Below, piece by piece: positions 60,140-64,000 of a DNA stretch of 64,000 nucleotides (position 1 is its first letter; each line of letters opens with the position of its first letter). The position numbers and the translations under genes were made by a program. The stretch is from Azolla caroliniana (Eukaryota; Plantae; Polypodiophyta), in NCBI GenBank assembly GCA_043228905.1, contig JBHGNT010000012.1:8494001-8558000 (forward strand), given 5' to 3'. The notes beneath the pieces were generated by a model, which was not told the DNA's origin, made no database searches, and was given only the letters and a program-made list of their open reading frames with translations.

Positions 60140-63100
60140 GGCTGATGCAGATACTAGCCGGTCGACATCCGGATATGTCATGACTTATGTAGGGGGAGCT
60201 GTTTCGTGGTAGTCTAGGCTACAAAAGACGGTTGCATTGTCAACCACGGAAGCGGAGTACATGGCAACTGTAGAAGCCGGTAAGGAGATAATCTGGATGA
60301 AGGACTTCATCGGAGAGCAAGGGATCCAATAGGAGGAATACCGGCTATACTACGATAGTCAAAGCGCCATCCACCTTGCAAAGAACGCGGCCTACCATTC
60401 CCGAACGAAACATATCCAACGGAGGTACTACTGGATCCAGGGGAGAGTAGAATATCAAGAGTTTGTGCTGACGAAGATCCAAACGGAGGAGAATGGGTCG
60501 GATATGCTGACCAAGGTGTTGACGACCAACAAGTTGGACGTGTGCCGAGAGCAGATCGGGCTAACGAGACATCCCATGCCGGAGTGAAGGGGGAGATTGT
60601 TGGGAAATTGGTCCCTCTAGATGGGACCCAATGATGAATGAAGAGGACCCGGTGAGAACCGGAAGAGATCTGGAAACGGAGGAGACCCAATGAGAACCGG
60701 AAGAGAAGACATATCTATAAATATGTTTTGAGTAAGCCTATTGAGGCTATATTTGTAAATAGCCCTAAGTTCATATATTAAAGTATAAATATGACTTAGG
60801 CCAATCACTTTGAGTGTGTGTTGTTATTGTTGTTGTTATATTGTTGTACAGTGAGAGTGACAGAGAGAGAGAGAGTGAGATACAGAGCGATACTCTGTTG
60901 TAACCACCAGTTGTCGAAGATACAGAGCTCGAGGTCGTTGCCTCTGAGGCTCTGATTGTACCTTTCTCCTATAGTGATAGTTGGATTTCGTGGGCTCCCG
61001 TGGTTTTTCCCATTTAGGGTTTTCCATGTAAACATCCTATGCATTTCCTTTGTGTACTCTCCACTTCCCATTTCTGTGATTCATTGTTAGTGAAGTGTTC
61101 AAGCCTCAGTTGTGGCCGAGCAATATTCCACGCTATTCCCCACAATCTGGTATTAGAGCGAACAACACAGGAAATGGAAGAATCGTTCGGCGGCATGTTC
61201 AAGCTCACCGGCTCCAACTACTCATTGTGGAAGTCGAAGATGAGGGATATGCTGGTGGTTAAAGATCTTTGGTTGCCGGTTCAGTTCGGGGACAAGGGAC
61301 TGGATAAGATCGACGCTACAGTGTGGGAGGTGATGCAAATGAAGACGACGGCATACATCCGGTGCTTCATCGACATGAGCCTGTACAACAACTTCAATGA
61401 AGAGAGCAAGGCTCATGAAATCTGGGAGAAGATCGGCATCATGTTCCAGAACAAGAATGACGTTAATCGGGTTTCGCTATTCTAGAAGATAGTGAGGCTC
61501 TTATACCAGGACAGCTCCAGTATGGCAGAGCATATGAATGTCTTCCAGGGGCTGATACATCAAGAAACCTCGTTGGAAGTACCTCTCGCCGATGAGGTAC
61601 TCACATTGCTCCTACTCAATTCCCTTCCGGATAGCTGGGAGACGTTAGTTATCACGTTGGGCAACGCCGGGCCGGAAGGAAAATAGTTGTCTCTAGCGAG
61701 GGTAAAATCAAGCTTGCTAGATGAAGAAGCTCGCTGGAAGAACCGGGAGTTCGGAACCGATCTGAAGGCCTTGGTCACGGAACCGGGGAAGAGGCCAGTA
61801 TCGGAGTCCCCAAAACCGGGACAAATCGGGGACGAGGTCGAAGTCAAGGGGGAGGCCCACGTGCTTCTATTGTGGGAAGTCGGGACACTTCCAGAAGAAC
61901 TATCGGCATTTCCGGAAGGAGAAATAAACCGGCACTACTGATTCGAAGAAGAGTTCGGACCGAAACAGTTCGGACCGGAGAGGCCCGGATCGGAAGGGAA
62001 CGTCGACAATCGTGACAAGTGAAGAAGAACTGATGCTCATTACCGAAGAGAATGAGTTAAACCTTGTCAACGACGAGACAACGCGGGTTGTCGATTCCGG
62101 AGCGTCGTTCCACCTGACACCGGATTGGAAATGCTTCTCATACTACATAGCCAGTGATCATGGTTGTGTCCGGATGGGGAATGAAGGTACATGCCGAATT
62201 ATCAGCATAGGAGATGTGTTGTTGACGACATCAACCGGATGCACGTTGTTGTTGAAGGATGTCCGACACATTCCGGAGGTTCGACTGAACCTAATATCAG
62301 CCGGTCGGCTAGATGATGAAGGCTACACGGGTAGCATCTGGAACAAACTCATGAAGTTCAGCAAGGGAAGCTTGATTGTGACCCGAACCCGGAAGGTCAA
62401 CACTCTGTACTTGATGAATGCCCGGATATGTCGGGAAGAAGTGAACATAGCATCCGCCACTACCGGTGAGCTGTGGCTCAAAAGACTGTGACACATGAGT
62501 GAGAAGGGGATGAAGAGGCTTGCCGAAGAAAACCTCATTCCGGTGAAGGACGTGCAACTTGAGAAGTGCGTTGATTGCTTGGTCGGCAAGCAAAACCGAA
62601 CCTCCTTCTGGTCAAGACCACCGATGAGATGGAATGCACCACTGGAGCTGGTGCATATCGACGTGTCAAGTGGACACGAAGTCACATGCCGGATCACAGT
62701 ACTTCGTGGCGTTCATAGATGACGGAAGTTGTGAGTCTCACCATTGAAGACAAAGGATCAGGTGTTATCCGTCTTCAAGGAGCTCCACGTGAGAGTGGAA
62801 AGAGAAACCGGCCGGAAGCTAAAGGCGGTTCGAGGAGATAACGGAGGTGAATATCAAGGGTAATTCGAGGAGTACAACCGGTCGAAGGGAATCCAGCTTG
62901 AGTTTACTATGCCGAAGACGTCAGAACTAAACGGGCTGGCAGAAAGGATGAACCAGACCATAATGGAGAGAGTCTGGAGCATGCTTGCACATGCAAAGTT
63001 ACCCAAGACATTTTGGGCTGAGGTGCTGACGATGACGACCTATGTGATAAATAGATCACCCTCAACACCCTTGAAAGGAGACTCACCTCAGAAAGTATGA

Positions 63101-63256
63101 ACCGGTAAAGTTGTATCTTACCGGCATCTGGAGGTGTTCAGGTGTCTCGCATATGTGCATGTTGCAAAGGACAAGAGAGAAAAGCTGGATCCAAAGTCCA
63201 AGACATGCATATTCCTTGGATACGAAGATGATGAGTTCGGTTACCGGGTGTGGGAT
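60140..63256 (+). mobile_element. Tork-like Copia tandem: RNase H end, PPT, LTR 60598-61144, PBS 61148-61159, degenerate gag-PR-INT from 61174
   Basis: RNase H, protease and integrase DNA colinear with element G; GAAGGGGGAGA PPT; TGGTATTAGAGC PBS. Confidence 0.9.
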
Positions 63257-63601
63257 TGTTATTGGGGTGGGGGGGTGAAGCCTAGAATGGCTTCACCCCC
63301 CTCCCATGGGGGTTACGTTAGGGAGAGAGCTAGAGAGAGGGACAAATAGGAAATGACACCAAAATGAGAGGGGAAAAAACTATCTTCATTACATGCCCCA
63401 TAAGGGGTTTATATAATACATAATGTAACGGTAAATAATATGTCTGTTACAAGAAGAGACCGTTACATTCTTGTCACATGCACATAATTGTGCATGTGCT
63501 CACACATAGTCATCCTCACACTCATATACATTACACATACCGAACAACCCCTTTAACGAGTTTTACCCTTATACCGCCCCGTACAACTCCTACGGGTAAC
63601 A
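63257..63601 (-). repeat. 3' LTR of a minus-strand element inserted in the Copia integrase; the element continues past the window end
   Basis: TGTTA...TAACA ends; minus strand has TATATAAA followed by a CT-rich tract and a terminal hairpin like the LTR of A. Confidence 0.75.
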
Positions 63602-63603
63602 CA

Positions 63604-63643
63604 TGGCACGCCTGTGGGACAGTGCATCGCACGGTGAACCCAC
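63604..63643 (-). other. tRNA-3'-half-like motif ending in CCA next to the LTR
   Basis: Minus strand GTGGG TTCACC GTGCGATGCAC TGT CCCAC AGGCGTG CCA, then TG, then LTR TGTTACC. Confidence 0.8.
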
Positions 63644-64000
63644 TCGCCATGGCAACTATTAACGAACGGAACTCCATCGGTCGTCTCAACGGTCGGAAAT
63701 CCATCGACCGGATCATAGCTCTACGATCAATAACTTCGATCGGAGCATTGCTTGACTCGAACCTTCTCGTTCGGTTAGCATGTCGCTCAATTGGCTCCTC
63801 CATTGCGGCATGGGCCTTTCATGATTCTGTTACATGTATGTGTATTTTTCGGTTTCATCATGTGAATTGAGCTTTGTATTTTGTACCCTTGGTCTCTAAA
63901 ATGTTTACCCTCAAATTTTTTGAAATTATATTTTCGGCCCGTGTGTTTTCGAAATTTTCTCTTCTGCACTCGAGCTTCTGAAATTCAATGCTATGCCCTC

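Overview
Gene-free, deeply nested transposon cluster from a eukaryote, most likely a non-seed land plant such as a moss or other bryophyte/lycophyte (inferred from the TE lineages). Target-site duplications (TSDs) resolve the nesting. A minus-strand tRNA-Trp-primed Gypsy (element C) hosts a non-chromovirus Gypsy A (1282-30132, TSD TTAAC) and a sister element F (34574-41034). A hosts a Tcn1-like chromovirus D (4338-9962, TSD GCCAT). A's 3' LTR hosts Gypsy B (16818-30098, 4-bp TSD CTGT), which in turn hosts an intact Tnt1/Tork-like Copia G (19951-25466, TSD ATAAT) and a solo LTR. The right third holds more Copia/Gypsy fragments, a satellite-bearing LTR and two convergent Sola-like DDD transposase genes. 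The most striking observation is that three distinct elements carry no polypurine tract next to the 3' LTR. In its place is a conserved tRNA-Arg-like 3' half ending in CCA, with a co-varying extra hairpin, which suggests tRNA-related plus-strand priming. Also seen: tRNA-like Pol III A/B boxes inside chromovirus LTRs, a Tf1-type self-priming PBS, and a conserved -1 frameshift site in the Trp-primed lineage. All family assignments are from motif recognition by eye; no database searches were run.
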